A DNA stretch of 53,324 bases from a virus (IMGVR_UViG_3300047562_004041:1-53324); one strand, 5' to 3'; positions 9,579 to 19,860 are shown, counted from the first letter of the stretch. Made by a program: numbers and translations. The notes: generated by a model from the sequence alone, not told the origin.

Positions 9579-11915
9579 TTAGTTGAATGTCAATGTTGCC
9601 GCTCCAGTGAAAACATGATATGCATAATTGATTGTTGGAGTTGTTCCGCCATTATTTGAAGTTCCATATGTTATGGTATTCGTGCCAGTATTTGTACTAG
9701 TAGCAGCTCTGGCACCGTTAGGCGCTGGATATCTCACTACAACAATTCCTTGTCCACCACTAGCTCCAAACCTGTTGCTGCCAGGAGTTGTTCCAACTAG
9801 TGCTCTTGATACTCCACCGCCACCACCACCACCAGTAAATGCTGCTCCCCCAGTAGCATTTACTAAGTTTGTTGCTCCACTTCCACCACCATTTTGACCT
9901 GGAGCTCCTGAAGCTCCTTGGTTGGCTGCTCCTCCACCACCTCCACCAGCAAATCCACTTGTTAAACTAAGAGATGCTAATGCTGTGCCAAAAAATTGTA
10001 ATCCTCCTCTTCCAGGACCTCCAGTGCCACCGGCTGTTGCCCCATTTACTAAACTTCCTCCAGCTCCAGAATCGCCACCACCGCCACCGCCAAGTCCAAA
10101 TCCAGCTGGGTTGTGTGCTCCATTTCCACCCCTTAAACTAATGCAGCCACCGACACCGGAATTTAAATTATTTGGTCCGCCACCACCACCACCACCACCA
10201 GATTGATTATCAGTGACGCAGTTTCCACCCGCCGCAGCAACCGGTCCGATAAATAATAAACTTCCAGTTCCACCACCTCCTCCTCCAACTGCTGTAAATG
10301 GTAAAGCTACTCCACTTACTGTAACAGTTGTAGTTTGACCATTTCCTCCTCTTTGTGATGGAGAACTAGAGCCAGCACCACCACCTCCAACAGTAGCACT
10401 AATAGTTCTATTACTGCCAGGTCCTGTGAGTGTAAATGCAACTGCAGAACCTGCGCCACCACCTCCACCACCTCCTCCAGCACCACCTGGAGCTGTACCG
10501 GCATCAGAAGAAGCATAGCCTCCACCACCACCCCCACCAACATAAAATACTTCTACTGTGAGTGGATATGTGACAGTTGGTGTAGGTGGTGGTGGTACAA
10601 CTGGTGGTGGTACAACTGGTGGTGGTACAACTGGTGGTGGTACAACTGGAGGTGGTGCAGGATCTGCCTGTGTAGTGATTGACCAAACTTGCTGACTCGT
10701 AGTTCCAACTGTAGCTGTAGTAGTGACTGCTGTACTATAAGTACTAGAAGATGTTAGTCTGACTCTAATAGCATCGCCATTGATTATCTGTATTGGTGGG
10801 TCGTCATATCCTTTTATTAAAGTTCCACCAGATGGTCTTCTAACTTCATAAGAAGCCCCAGATGTAAATGTAATATCAGTGGCTAAGCCAACATTTAGAC
10901 CATTAATTACAAAGGCTTCAGCTCGATTAGCTGGATAAGCACCTGTTGTATTATATAATGTGCTTATGGCTCTGTTAGTTAACGGAGTAAAGTTACTGAT
11001 TCCAGTGGTCTCAAATACTCCAGTCACAACATTTTGCTTGAAAAATGTGAAAGTGGCAGACAGATCTAATGGTTGGGTGGTTACATTCCAAGTTGTGGAA
11101 TATGTTCCAACACCAAAATTAATTGGTTTAGTTTGACCATAATCAGAAGAAATGGTATCTAAGTTAATAATATCTCCATTTCCAATCAAAGCATTCGTTA
11201 CAGACGGAGTAATTCCGTCGATAATTATACCACCATTCCCATCTACAATTGATGCAGAAAATTTAATGTTTGGCTCAAGTCCTGTGATGGTATATGATAA
11301 TGTTGTTACGCCTACGCCAGCAAGTACATCAAGAGAACTTGGTATTATTATGGGATCGGGTACACTATCGACATCTCTAACCTGTATAATCCAGTCTTGT
11401 ACACTTGTACCAATTGAAACTACAGAAGTATATGTTGACCCAAAAACATCAGGAATTATGTCTGTAGGTAAAACACTTTGACTTAATCTTGGATTGAGTT
11501 GATCGAATGTTATTAGATTTGAATCGAATGAAGCTGGAGGGAAAATTGGAGAAGGTATAGTTCTAGATAGCCTTATAGATTGATTGTTTCTAATAAAAGT
11601 AGAATCAGTAGTAAATCTAAGACTGGGATCTAAATCTTGTGAGAAATTTGCTTGTAAAGGAAAATCATTATCAAATGCAAGAGAATTGACATTTTGGTTG
11701 TCAAATACGGAAGCAAAAAGAGAATAGGAAGCACCAGGTTCTATTGTGACTCTGAGTTGACTTTTAATCCCTGTAATTTTTACATAGTCACTATAATAGG
11801 TCAATCCAGGATCAACATCAAATAAATCAATAAAATCAAATGGATCTGGAGAACTAACTAAATTTGAACGATATGCATATTCAGATGCATTTCCTATTGC
11901 TCCTATAATTGGCAT
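9579..11915 (-). CDS. Gly-rich fibre/receptor-binding-like protein (778 aa)
   Basis: Thr-rich beta repeats, PPPVV linker, C-terminal VGGGGGG...GGQGIVVVRYP Gly-rich domain. Confidence 0.8.
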   Translation of the reverse strand: MPIIGAIGNASEYAYRSNLVSSPDPFDFIDLFDVDPGLTYYSDYVKITGIKSQLRVTIEPGASYSLFASVFDNQNVNSLAFDNDFPLQANFSQDLDPSLRFTTDSTFIRNNQSIRLSRTIPSPIFPPASFDSNLITFDQLNPRLSQSVLPTDIIPDVFGSTYTSVVSIGTSVQDWIIQVRDVDSVPDPIIIPSSLDVLAGVGVTTLSYTITGLEPNIKFSASIVDGNGGIIIDGITPSVTNALIGNGDIINLDTISSDYGQTKPINFGVGTYSTTWNVTTQPLDLSATFTFFKQNVVTGVFETTGISNFTPLTNRAISTLYNTTGAYPANRAEAFVINGLNVGLATDITFTSGASYEVRRPSGGTLIKGYDDPPIQIINGDAIRVRLTSSSTYSTAVTTTATVGTTSQQVWSITTQADPAPPPVVPPPVVPPPVVPPPVVPPPPTPTVTYPLTVEVFYVGGGGGGGYASSDAGTAPGGAGGGGGGGGAGSAVAFTLTGPGSNRTISATVGGGGAGSSSPSQRGGNGQTTTVTVSGVALPFTAVGGGGGGTGSLLFIGPVAAAGGNCVTDNQSGGGGGGGGPNNLNSGVGGCISLRGGNGAHNPAGFGLGGGGGGDSGAGGSLVNGATAGGTGGPGRGGLQFFGTALASLSLTSGFAGGGGGGAANQGASGAPGQNGGGSGATNLVNATGGAAFTGGGGGGGVSRALVGTTPGSNRFGASGGQGIVVVRYPAPNGARAATSTNTGTNTITYGTSNNGGTTPTINYAYHVFTGAATLTFN
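10585..10656. repeat. 15-bp tandem repeat encoding (PPPVV)x4
   Basis: ggtggtacaactggt repeated. Confidence 0.9.
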
Positions 11916-11918
11916 ATT

Positions 11919-14900
11919 TTATCTACCGTAAGTTGATTGTGATGCTAATATTGTATATTGATCGTTTATAGTCCCAGTTATAGATTTTCTGAGTATAACA
12001 TATGTATACACATCAATTCCATTCGGATATCCAGAAGTGTATTGTGCACCACCATAATAATAAACATTAGTGAATGGATTCCCATCAATAGTTATATTAT
12101 TATTATATCTAGCAGTTGGTCCAATAGTTGCTAAGAATGCCACTGTAATTGACTGTCCAACCTCCAGCACATCACCCAATAAAGAAGTCGGACTTCCAGT
12201 AAAGTTTATAGTCCAATCACTTGAAGATGGTCGAGTATAATAGTAAACATTATTGTCACCAAGGTAAATGTCAACTGGCTCTAATGTTGGTGCGAGAATT
12301 GGCCAATCTATATCAACTATTGTGGCTTCTTCTATAATCTCAGTTACATTTAATAGTCCTTTTACTTTCAATTTCGACTTAGAATCAGCAGTAGTACCAA
12401 TTCCAACATTTGATCCAGTATAAATTCCAACTCCAGATTGAACAACCCATGTTGATTCCAATCCACTTAGTGATGATCCATCACCATAGAATGTTCCGCT
12501 CCATATTCCAACATATCTCCCATTTGAATCTTTAACTGGAGCAAATTCTCTCCATTGATTTTGGTTGGTAAACATCCAACCTGCAGATCCACCTTCATTT
12601 GGATTTGAATTAAATTCAATATCTCCTGCGTTTCCAATCAAAGTTGGAGTGGAAATCCCAACAGTAATTCTTCTAGATACATTTGCAGAACCCTGCAAGA
12701 ATAGAGAATTGACTTCAACTCCCTTATCGGAGGTTGAAGTTATTTTGTTGCTAAACACAACTGGACCATCAAACTTAGAAATAATATCTTTCCCAACTCC
12801 ACCTTCAATTTTAATAGACTTTCTTATGCTAATTTCTGATGTTGAAATGAGATCAACTTTATCTGATGTTAAGTCTTCGCCAGTTACAGTAGGAATTGGC
12901 GCATCATATATTTCTTCTTGTCCAGTTGCTGAACTTATTTTTTTATTTCCAATATAAAAATCACCATCATTATTCATTCCAGTAAATACTGTAATTCCAC
13001 CATCAGATTTAAATGATTGTGAGAGTAGCTCTTCTTGTGGTGAAATTAATCTATCTTGTGAGTCAGGGAGTGATGTAGAATAATTTCCTGGTCCAAATCC
13101 AACATATTCAAATGTATGTCCAGATGCTCTTAGAATTGAGTGCCTTCTAAACTCAATTGGAATTGGTGATACTTTTCTAACTACCGCACCAGACAAATGA
13201 GTCTCAATTACACTACCCAGTACACCCCTAATTACAGGAATAATATTAGAATTTACAGTAGAAGATATCTTAACAATCTCATTATCAATCAATAAGAAAT
13301 CACCAATCTTAAGTCCAGTATTTACTGCATTATTGATTGTAATTGTTGTGTTCGATAGAAGGACATTCGCTCCAAGAGTTCTTGTATTTCCATCATAAAT
13401 TGGGATCAATCTTGAACTAACTTTTTCATTTTCAGCAGAGATTGAACCAAAATTAGATGAATATGTATGAGGATATGAGTATATTGAAGATAATGTTGTA
13501 TTAGTTGTAGTGGTAAATCCAATATTCAACTCAAAAGAGGTCAAACTATTAATTTTTGATACGATAAAATCTTGATTATATTGTGATAATGTACTACTAT
13601 AAAGTCTAATTTTTGAATTTACTTTAAGACCATGTGCAGTTGTAGTGGTAACAATTCCAGTTGTAGCCTCTACAGGATGTAACAACGATGATACTAACAG
13701 CGATTTTGGTCCAAGTTCAGAAATTAAATTCGATGTAGAGGTTAATGTTGAAATTCCATTTGTAACTACATTTGAAATGTTGTTGGAAGAAATTACATCT
13801 ATAGATCTACTTGTTGTGATTCCACTAATTCTATAGAGATTATTATATCCTAGTATGGAATCTTCTTTGATTCCATCTACAAAGATCGTATCATCAATCG
13901 AATCATTGATATTATCGACTCTAACAACACCAATCACATGTGAGCCTGTAGTTGCAACCCCAACAACAGATAGTGTATTTCCTATTCCATAAGCACTACC
14001 TGGATTGATAACTTTTACATTGGAAATTGCGCCAGAGTTTACTCTAATGACTGCACTTGCTCCTTCACCAACAGTTGATCCAGCAAATCCAACCAAACGA
14101 GCGTTGTAAAGATCTCCAGTAAACCCAGCAATTGGACCATATGCACTTCCAGCATCAACAATACTGAGTCTAGTAATTCCATTTAGTCCATGATCAACAT
14201 CAGTATATATTGTATGTGATGTTCCAGATAATGATCTAATATTTGTTATATTGAATGTAGATTTGAAATCAGTTCTAAATTTCTCAAAGGTTTCTTTTGT
14301 AATGCTATTTTGTGTATCATCAATTACAACTTGTCCAATTGTATCTGATAGAGCATATGAAGTTGTAGACTTTGGATCAGATATTGGATAATCTCTATTT
14401 TCTTGTGGATATAAGTATTGAACTGGCTGAGTGAATTTTAGATCCGAAAATTCAACTACATTAGGGGAGTTGGAAGAATTCAAAACAATCAAATGATATA
14501 TTCCATCCTGTATATTTTGAATATAAGGTTGAATTTCTTGTGTTCTATAAATTATATAAGTTTGATTATATCTTTTACGACTAAAATATGGTAAGGAAGT
14601 GTCTCTAGAGGAAGTATTGTTTAAAAATGTTCCAGGAGATTTAGTAGTATCAAATGTAAATTCAATTGAACTTGGTACAGAAGTTACTGTATAGAGTCCA
14701 TTATATCCAGAATCGTATTCTGCATCAACATTATCGGATGAAGATACTTGTTGAATTTTTACTTGCGATCCAATCGAAAGATTGTGAGGAACTTCTGATG
14801 TTATTGTTACAACTCCACCAGAGAATGTTGCATTTGAAATGATCCTTATATTTTTTATGTTGTCTACTCTAGTCAACACATTGGTGTCAAAATCAAATTG

Positions 14901-17321
14901 AGATGACAATTCAAAATTAGACCCTATATTACTACTAGATTCTTGGATAACATATCCATCTAATGGTGGTCTTGCTTTTGTTTGTGAATCTTTAGGGATA
15001 ACATATCTAAATTTAAATATCTTATCATCCAAACTTCTTGTATCAACAGTTCTTTTAATGTAAGTTCTTGGAGTCACATCAAATGAATATGTTGATAGAG
15101 CGTTCCAAATTGGATTTGCACTCTGTACTTTCAAGTACCATTGTAGATTGGTGGGATCCCATTGCACTGGATGTCCAGGATCTCCTGAATTTTTATCAGA
15201 AACTCTACTAACAATTTTTAAATTCCCAGTTTCGATACTATAAATTGTTATGGCAGAATTTACATTAGCTCCATTTATTGCATCATTAAAAGTCTTAGCT
15301 AATCTAATCTGATTTTCCCCAAGAGAAGTAAATGTCGAATTCGTAATTACATAGTATAACTTATTATTTTCAATTCCGCTTGGTAGAGATCCATCTGAGC
15401 TTAGTATTCTTACAGATTCTCCGTTGATGAAATTGTGATTTTCAGTTAAAGTTATAGTGTTAGTATTAATTTCATTACTAATTCCATCTATTTTCTTTTT
15501 AACTTTAGCCGTTTTTTCATAGCTTGTTTGTGTGGTGCCTTGCATGACAATTGTAGCACCATACTCTTGGCCAGATAGCAGTACATTTAAGGTATCATTA
15601 GGCTTTGCTCCAATTCTATACCCATCGACAACAATTTGTGGTCTGACAGATTCATTTAATTGATTATAAAGATATAATCTATCTGAACTACCAACCAATA
15701 TGGTCTTGGCCTTATCAATAGAATTAAACTCGATAAAGGGAGATATTATTGTTTCTTGTGATCCTATTCTTTGTGGTGGTATAATATGTGTAATGTATCC
15801 AACATCATCTCGTGCAAATGAATCTTCTCTATATCCTCTAGCAACTAGTGACTTTGCACCAAAGTTGGAGTTCGAGTTGGTGATGGATTGATCTCCACCT
15901 GATTCAGCAACAAAATGCTCAGCATAACCAATAGCAAAAATTGATACAGCCTGAATAATTGCATCATTACTCGCTTTTACATGGTAATTTAAATAATTGC
16001 TTTTATATCTTGATCTAGAATTTGAATATAAGTTTGCAGTTGATGAATTAGTTCTATCTTCATATAATCCAGTCACTGGATTATAAATCACAAAAGCATT
16101 ACTATCTTTTTGTAGGGAAATTCCCGTAAACTGTGCAACTACAATACTCTTAAATCCATCTGCTTTCCTTCCATCCGCATGTAATCCAGACATTCCATAT
16201 ACCGAACGCAATGAAATATTAAAGATATATGGAGAAGCAGATGTCACTGTATCAACTACAACACTCAATGTTCCACCAGATCCACCATTTGTGATTACTG
16301 GTGCAACAGAAACATTGTATTGAATTTTATTCAAATCGACAACGGCAGAAACAACATATTGTCCATTGTAACCTTCTGTCAATACTCCGTCTATACGAAT
16401 GGGAGTATCTACCTGTAAATCGGGAGCATCTTCATCTAGTGTTACTGTAACTTTAGTTCCACTTGAAGTGATGCTAGTAATTCCAATTTGATTTCCTTTG
16501 GACCCTACAATTCGATATTCATCAATTTTTGGTTGAATGTCAATTGTATTTGGGTAAGTGGGTTCAATTCTTCTTCCACTTGAGTCACCATATGCGATAC
16601 TAATTTTTTCATAGTACATTTCAAGATCAGTTCTATCGAATGTACCAATATCTAAATCAACTTTATTCACACCATCTGCATATTCAAATGCAGTCAATTT
16701 GTGGTGAGAAAAATTAGGAACTGCTTTTGCAATCGAATAGTTATAGAAGCATTGTCCATTAGGATCAGCATCAAAAACTGTAAATTGCCACAGATAACAT
16801 GCACCAGTGACTCTAAATATCGCAGATCTATCAATTAAATCATTAGTTGGATCTGGAACATATTTTGGACGAATCTTTGTCTTACGAAGATCCATTCCAA
16901 CTATAGAGGTTCCTCTGGGAATTATGACCCCACCATTGACTGAATTTAGTTTATATAACTCATTATTGTCAGTAGTAATATCAAAATTACTTTGAGCTGA
17001 GAACTGAGTAAAATCTGTTGTAGTAGATCCGTTTCTAAAAAGAAAATTAGAACCATTGGGAATTAATCCAGGACGATTGTCAATTATGTGGTCTCCTGGA
17101 TATAGTAAAATACTAGTATTTCCAAATTTATCGTTATCTTGTCCAGGTAAATATGAAAATCTAGCTGCCTCTATCAAAGCTCTTTGAAGAGTTTTAAATG
17201 GTCGAGCAAGAGAAGTGCCAGTGTTCTCAATTGCATCTGTAGCATCTAGTGCATTAGGATCAACATATATTATATTGCCTCTAATACTACGAATAAAATT
17301 CTCTAGGCGACTTAATCCCAT
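11919..17321 (-). CDS. Giant virion structural/tail protein (1800 aa), cyanomyovirus-type
   Basis: N-terminus MGLSRLENF...ARPFKTLQRALIEAARFSY; beta-helix motifs; repeated HGL/HNL.xG..V.I beta modules; VGIGT fibre motif near C-terminus. Confidence 0.85.
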   Translation of the reverse strand: MGLSRLENFIRSIRGNIIYVDPNALDATDAIENTGTSLARPFKTLQRALIEAARFSYLPGQDNDKFGNTSILLYPGDHIIDNRPGLIPNGSNFLFRNGSTTTDFTQFSAQSNFDITTDNNELYKLNSVNGGVIIPRGTSIVGMDLRKTKIRPKYVPDPTNDLIDRSAIFRVTGACYLWQFTVFDADPNGQCFYNYSIAKAVPNFSHHKLTAFEYADGVNKVDLDIGTFDRTDLEMYYEKISIAYGDSSGRRIEPTYPNTIDIQPKIDEYRIVGSKGNQIGITSITSSGTKVTVTLDEDAPDLQVDTPIRIDGVLTEGYNGQYVVSAVVDLNKIQYNVSVAPVITNGGSGGTLSVVVDTVTSASPYIFNISLRSVYGMSGLHADGRKADGFKSIVVAQFTGISLQKDSNAFVIYNPVTGLYEDRTNSSTANLYSNSRSRYKSNYLNYHVKASNDAIIQAVSIFAIGYAEHFVAESGGDQSITNSNSNFGAKSLVARGYREDSFARDDVGYITHIIPPQRIGSQETIISPFIEFNSIDKAKTILVGSSDRLYLYNQLNESVRPQIVVDGYRIGAKPNDTLNVLLSGQEYGATIVMQGTTQTSYEKTAKVKKKIDGISNEINTNTITLTENHNFINGESVRILSSDGSLPSGIENNKLYYVITNSTFTSLGENQIRLAKTFNDAINGANVNSAITIYSIETGNLKIVSRVSDKNSGDPGHPVQWDPTNLQWYLKVQSANPIWNALSTYSFDVTPRTYIKRTVDTRSLDDKIFKFRYVIPKDSQTKARPPLDGYVIQESSSNIGSNFELSSQFDFDTNVLTRVDNIKNIRIISNATFSGGVVTITSEVPHNLSIGSQVKIQQVSSSDNVDAEYDSGYNGLYTVTSVPSSIEFTFDTTKSPGTFLNNTSSRDTSLPYFSRKRYNQTYIIYRTQEIQPYIQNIQDGIYHLIVLNSSNSPNVVEFSDLKFTQPVQYLYPQENRDYPISDPKSTTSYALSDTIGQVVIDDTQNSITKETFEKFRTDFKSTFNITNIRSLSGTSHTIYTDVDHGLNGITRLSIVDAGSAYGPIAGFTGDLYNARLVGFAGSTVGEGASAVIRVNSGAISNVKVINPGSAYGIGNTLSVVGVATTGSHVIGVVRVDNINDSIDDTIFVDGIKEDSILGYNNLYRISGITTSRSIDVISSNNISNVVTNGISTLTSTSNLISELGPKSLLVSSLLHPVEATTGIVTTTTAHGLKVNSKIRLYSSTLSQYNQDFIVSKINSLTSFELNIGFTTTTNTTLSSIYSYPHTYSSNFGSISAENEKVSSRLIPIYDGNTRTLGANVLLSNTTITINNAVNTGLKIGDFLLIDNEIVKISSTVNSNIIPVIRGVLGSVIETHLSGAVVRKVSPIPIEFRRHSILRASGHTFEYVGFGPGNYSTSLPDSQDRLISPQEELLSQSFKSDGGITVFTGMNNDGDFYIGNKKISSATGQEEIYDAPIPTVTGEDLTSDKVDLISTSEISIRKSIKIEGGVGKDIISKFDGPVVFSNKITSTSDKGVEVNSLFLQGSANVSRRITVGISTPTLIGNAGDIEFNSNPNEGGSAGWMFTNQNQWREFAPVKDSNGRYVGIWSGTFYGDGSSLSGLESTWVVQSGVGIYTGSNVGIGTTADSKSKLKVKGLLNVTEIIEEATIVDIDWPILAPTLEPVDIYLGDNNVYYYTRPSSSDWTINFTGSPTSLLGDVLEVGQSITVAFLATIGPTARYNNNITIDGNPFTNVYYYGGAQYTSGYPNGIDVYTYVILRKSITGTINDQYTILASQSTYGR

Positions 17322-17349
17322 CTTATTTTTTTATGAGTTCCTTATGACT

Positions 17350-17356
17350 TATTTAT
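17350..17356 (-). promoter_or_regulatory. Late promoter ATAAATA
   Basis: Upstream of ATG 17321, in the loop of a short inverted repeat cttatga/tcataag. Confidence 0.6.
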
Positions 17357-17379
17357 CATAAGAAAAAAGAATAAGATGA

Positions 17380-17547
17380 TTATTTTTCTTTACTCATCAT
17401 GTATTCTACGGTGGTTGCAACATCATTCATTGCAGCACGAAGGTCTGGTCGTTGGCCAGATTCTTGTCTTATGATAGTCCTAGAGCTATCAGTGAGAGTC
17501 CAGCGCCACTGCTTCATTCCCTCACAATACCAGAGCTTAATGTTCAT
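17380..17547 (-). CDS. Hypothetical protein (MNIKLWYCEGMKQWRWTLTD...)
   Basis: ATG 17547 chosen over the longer track start to avoid extensive overlap. Confidence 0.7.
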   Translation of the reverse strand: MNIKLWYCEGMKQWRWTLTDSSRTIIRQESGQRPDLRAAMNDVATTVEYMMSKEK

Positions 17548-17695
17548 TTTTGAAATATTCGAGTTCGACCCAGTTAAGGAGTGTTTGGAATGCTGTGATG
17601 GAAGCATCCGTACAATTATCGTCCTTTAGTTTTTGAACATAATATTCGAGAGCCTCGATGGCCATTTCGCGGTCTTTTTGTGAAATTAATGACAT
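17537..17695 (-). CDS. Hypothetical protein (MSLISQKDREMAIEAL...)
   Basis: ATG at 17695; the track start lies within the tRNA. Confidence 0.7.
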   Translation of the reverse strand: MSLISQKDREMAIEALEYYVQKLKDDNCTDASITAFQTLLNWVELEYFKNEH

Positions 17696-17715
17696 TTGGA
17701 GTTTTATAGAACTCA

Positions 17716-17789
17716 AGCCCCCCATCGGACTCGAACCGATGGCCGCCGCTTTACAAAAGCGGTGCTCTATCCAACTGAGCTAGAGAGGC
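17716..17789 (-). tRNA. trnT: tRNA-Thr(UGU)
   Basis: GCCTCTC acceptor, TAGCTCAGTTGGATAGAGC D-arm, CCGCT-TTTGTAA-AGCGG anticodon arm, GGTTCGAGTCC T-arm; no encoded CCA. Confidence 0.95.
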
Positions 17790-17791
17790 AT

Positions 17792-18061
17792 TTAATCAGT
17801 AGGTAACATTTCTGGATTTTCAAGATCCAATTCAAACATAAGAGGGTGACATTCTTCTAACATCAAATAATATGATGTTTGATAAAGATCTTCTGGTTCA
17901 AATCTTCTTTCGTTGTCTGCTAATTCAATTAGTTCTAAGTCGAAAAGACCATCATCAGGAACATCATCAAAAGTGAATGGAATTTGGTTTATGAAATACA
18001 TCAGAACAATTTGTGCTCCTCTATTATACCAAACATATCTGGTATCGATTCTGTACTTCAT
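17792..18061 (-). CDS. Hypothetical acidic protein (89 aa)
   Basis: ORF fills the gap between the two tRNAs. Confidence 0.75.
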   Translation of the reverse strand: MKYRIDTRYVWYNRGAQIVLMYFINQIPFTFDDVPDDGLFDLELIELADNERRFEPEDLYQTSYYLMLEECHPLMFELDLENPEMLPTD

Positions 18062-18105
18062 AGGATTGTTCCTATTACTTTTGTTTATTTAGAGGTTAAA
18101 CCTGA

Positions 18106-18179
18106 TAGGCGTGGTCGGATTCGAACCGACACTTTATTGATTTTAAGTCAATTTTCTCTGCCTGTTGGAATACACGCCC
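18106..18179 (-). tRNA. trnL: tRNA-Leu(UAA), short variable loop
   Basis: GGGCGTG/CACGCCT acceptor, ATTGA-CTTAAAA-TCAAT anticodon arm, GTCGGTTCGAATCCGAC T-arm, discriminator A. Confidence 0.9.
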
Positions 18180-18187
18180 ATAAAAAC

Positions 18188-18367
18188 TCAAAAAAGATTG
18201 AGTTGACTACCTGATTCTACCACATAAGTAGCAGGATGTAAAGTACAGTATTCATTAAATGTAATCTTCATTTCCTTGTTAGTAAGATTACAGTTTTTTG
18301 CTGCGGTTGGAATGTTCCACTTTGCAGTGAAAAGCATTTCCATTGATTCTCTTGTTTCTGGTCTCAT
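18188..18367 (-). CDS. Hypothetical protein, 59 aa (MRPETRESMEMLFTAKWNIPTAAKNCNL...), possible HTH
   Basis: Hand-translated; ATGA overlap with upstream ORF. Confidence 0.7.
   Translation of the reverse strand: MRPETRESMEMLFTAKWNIPTAAKNCNLTNKEMKITFNEYCTLHPATYVVESGSQLNLF
18214..18242 (-). promoter_or_regulatory. Sigma70-type promoter for tRNAs (TTTACA-17-TAGAAT)
   Basis: Spacer counted as 17 nt; ~35 nt upstream of tRNA-Leu. Confidence 0.65.
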
Positions 18368-18546
18368 AAGGGACTTACATAAGACAGAGTATCTTCATCA
18401 ACTGTCGAACGAACAAACTCTAGCACATTCATAAATTCTTGTACTGTCTCACAGGACACTTGCTTTTCTGTCCCTTCACTTGAATATAGGTAAACAATTC
18501 GCTTGATGGGATCAATTACACACCTTGACAGATATTCGTCTTGCAT
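18364..18546 (-). CDS. Hypothetical protein (60 aa)
   Basis: ORF directly downstream of an early promoter. Confidence 0.7.
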   Translation of the reverse strand: MQDEYLSRCVIDPIKRIVYLYSSEGTEKQVSCETVQEFMNVLEFVRSTVDEDTLSYVSPL

Positions 18547-18572
18547 TCGATTCGTTTCGTGATTGCCCAGGT

Positions 18573-18601
18573 ATCATACCACGGTGAAATGGGAATGTCA
18601 A
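18573..18601 (-). promoter_or_regulatory. Sigma70-type early promoter TTGACA-17-TATGAT
   Basis: Near-consensus hexamers, 17-nt spacer. Confidence 0.75.
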
Positions 18602-18987
18602 GTGGTTGAAGGAAGTTCGTGGAAGTCCCAGGAAATAGATTGTTCATTCCAAATATAATATCCTTTTTGTGGATCAAATTCTGGCATAGGAACTGGTGCT
18701 TCCCAATTGCAAGTTTCGGTATTTAAAACCCAAGAATTATGTGGTTTTGGTGGGATGAATGCATCTAGTGATTCATCATATGTATATCCACTTCCAGCAT
18801 AATTTTTTCTAAAATTAGCATTGTAACTGGTTTGTTTCCAGATTGTTTGTTCGCCATATAAAGATTTGCAGAAAGCGATGCCTATTTCTTCGCTTTCTTG
18901 TTTTTGTTCATTGAGAATAACTTGATTGTTTACTACAATAACACGAATAACAGTATTATTGCGATCGAGTTCTACAAAGTGTGCCAT
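18598..18987 (-). CDS. Fibre-associated protein (MAHF...WKQTSYN...FRKNYAG type), putative assembly chaperone
   Basis: Motif pattern; adjacency to Gly-rich fibre genes. Confidence 0.7.
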   Translation of the reverse strand: MAHFVELDRNNTVIRVIVVNNQVILNEQKQESEEIGIAFCKSLYGEQTIWKQTSYNANFRKNYAGSGYTYDESLDAFIPPKPHNSWVLNTETCNWEAPVPMPEFDPQKGYYIWNEQSISWDFHELPSTT

Positions 18988-18999
18988 GGTGTTTCTATA

Positions 19000-19803
19000 T
19001 TAATTGAATGTGATTGTACCTGAACCTAAAAATTCATACACATGATATCCAGTTCTAGTTGCAGTTCCTCCAGTGTATAAAATAGGATCTCCAGTAGTTG
19101 TTGCCAAAGGAAGTGTGTCTGGATATGCAATAATTACAACTCCACTTTGCCCTGCTGATCCGGTATTTGCTCCACCAAAACCTGTACCATTACTTCCATT
19201 ATTAACTATACCTCTTCCGCCTGCCCCTGCTCCATAAAAATAACCAGGACCCTTTATGATTGAAATTGCACCAGATCCACCACTGCCGCCTTGTACACCG
19301 CTAATATCAGCGCCGCCATTTGTTCCAGGTGAACCTGCTCCGCCACCACCACCAAAATTAGATCCCGAAAAACTTACTACTCCTCCTCCATCATTACCAC
19401 TACTTATAATATTAGTTGCATTTAATACATCATTTACTGAATATGTTCCAACAGTAGGAAATACTGCTCTACCAATGGGATTCCCCCCACCACCCGATCC
19501 GCCGGATGCAAGTCCGGCACCACCACCTTGTGAAATTAATGATCCAAAAGTACTATCACCTCCATTTGCAGATAAACCCCCTGCTCCACCTACGGTAATA
19601 TTATAAGTTACATTTCTTTCAACCAATAAATTGAATGCTTGTACGACTCTTCCACCAGCTCCACCAAAAGCATTTATAAAACCACTAATTCCATTACCAC
19701 CGCCACCAGCGACAATCAATGCATCAATATAAAATGCAGTATCTTTAATTCCAAGAGGTAATTTACTACCACTACCACCATAAAATTGACTTAGAGTGCT
19801 CAT
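19000..19803 (-). CDS. Gly-rich fibre-like protein (267 aa)
   Basis: LIVAGGGG...GQSGVVIIAYP...YEFLGSGTITF. Confidence 0.8.
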   Translation of the reverse strand: MSTLSQFYGGSGSKLPLGIKDTAFYIDALIVAGGGGNGISGFINAFGGAGGRVVQAFNLLVERNVTYNITVGGAGGLSANGGDSTFGSLISQGGGAGLASGGSGGGGNPIGRAVFPTVGTYSVNDVLNATNIISSGNDGGGVVSFSGSNFGGGGGAGSPGTNGGADISGVQGGSGGSGAISIIKGPGYFYGAGAGGRGIVNNGSNGTGFGGANTGSAGQSGVVIIAYPDTLPLATTTGDPILYTGGTATRTGYHVYEFLGSGTITFN

Positions 19804-19828
19804 TTAAATTATTTCCTTTTTTTTTATA

Positions 19829-19836
19829 TATTTATA
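19829..19836 (-). promoter_or_regulatory. Late promoter TATAAATA
   Basis: Exact T4 late consensus upstream of 19803. Confidence 0.75.
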
Positions 19837-19860
19837 TTGTAGTTTTTATATCTGACTCAC

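Noticed and set aside
9628-10686. Pro-rich plus-strand and alternate-frame ORFs (also 19256..19606, 25275..25457, 30923..31336)
   Set aside because: Antisense or off-frame readings of Gly-rich coding tracts
17984-18214. Plus-strand 76-aa ORF
   Set aside because: Antisense to tRNA-Leu and an ORF
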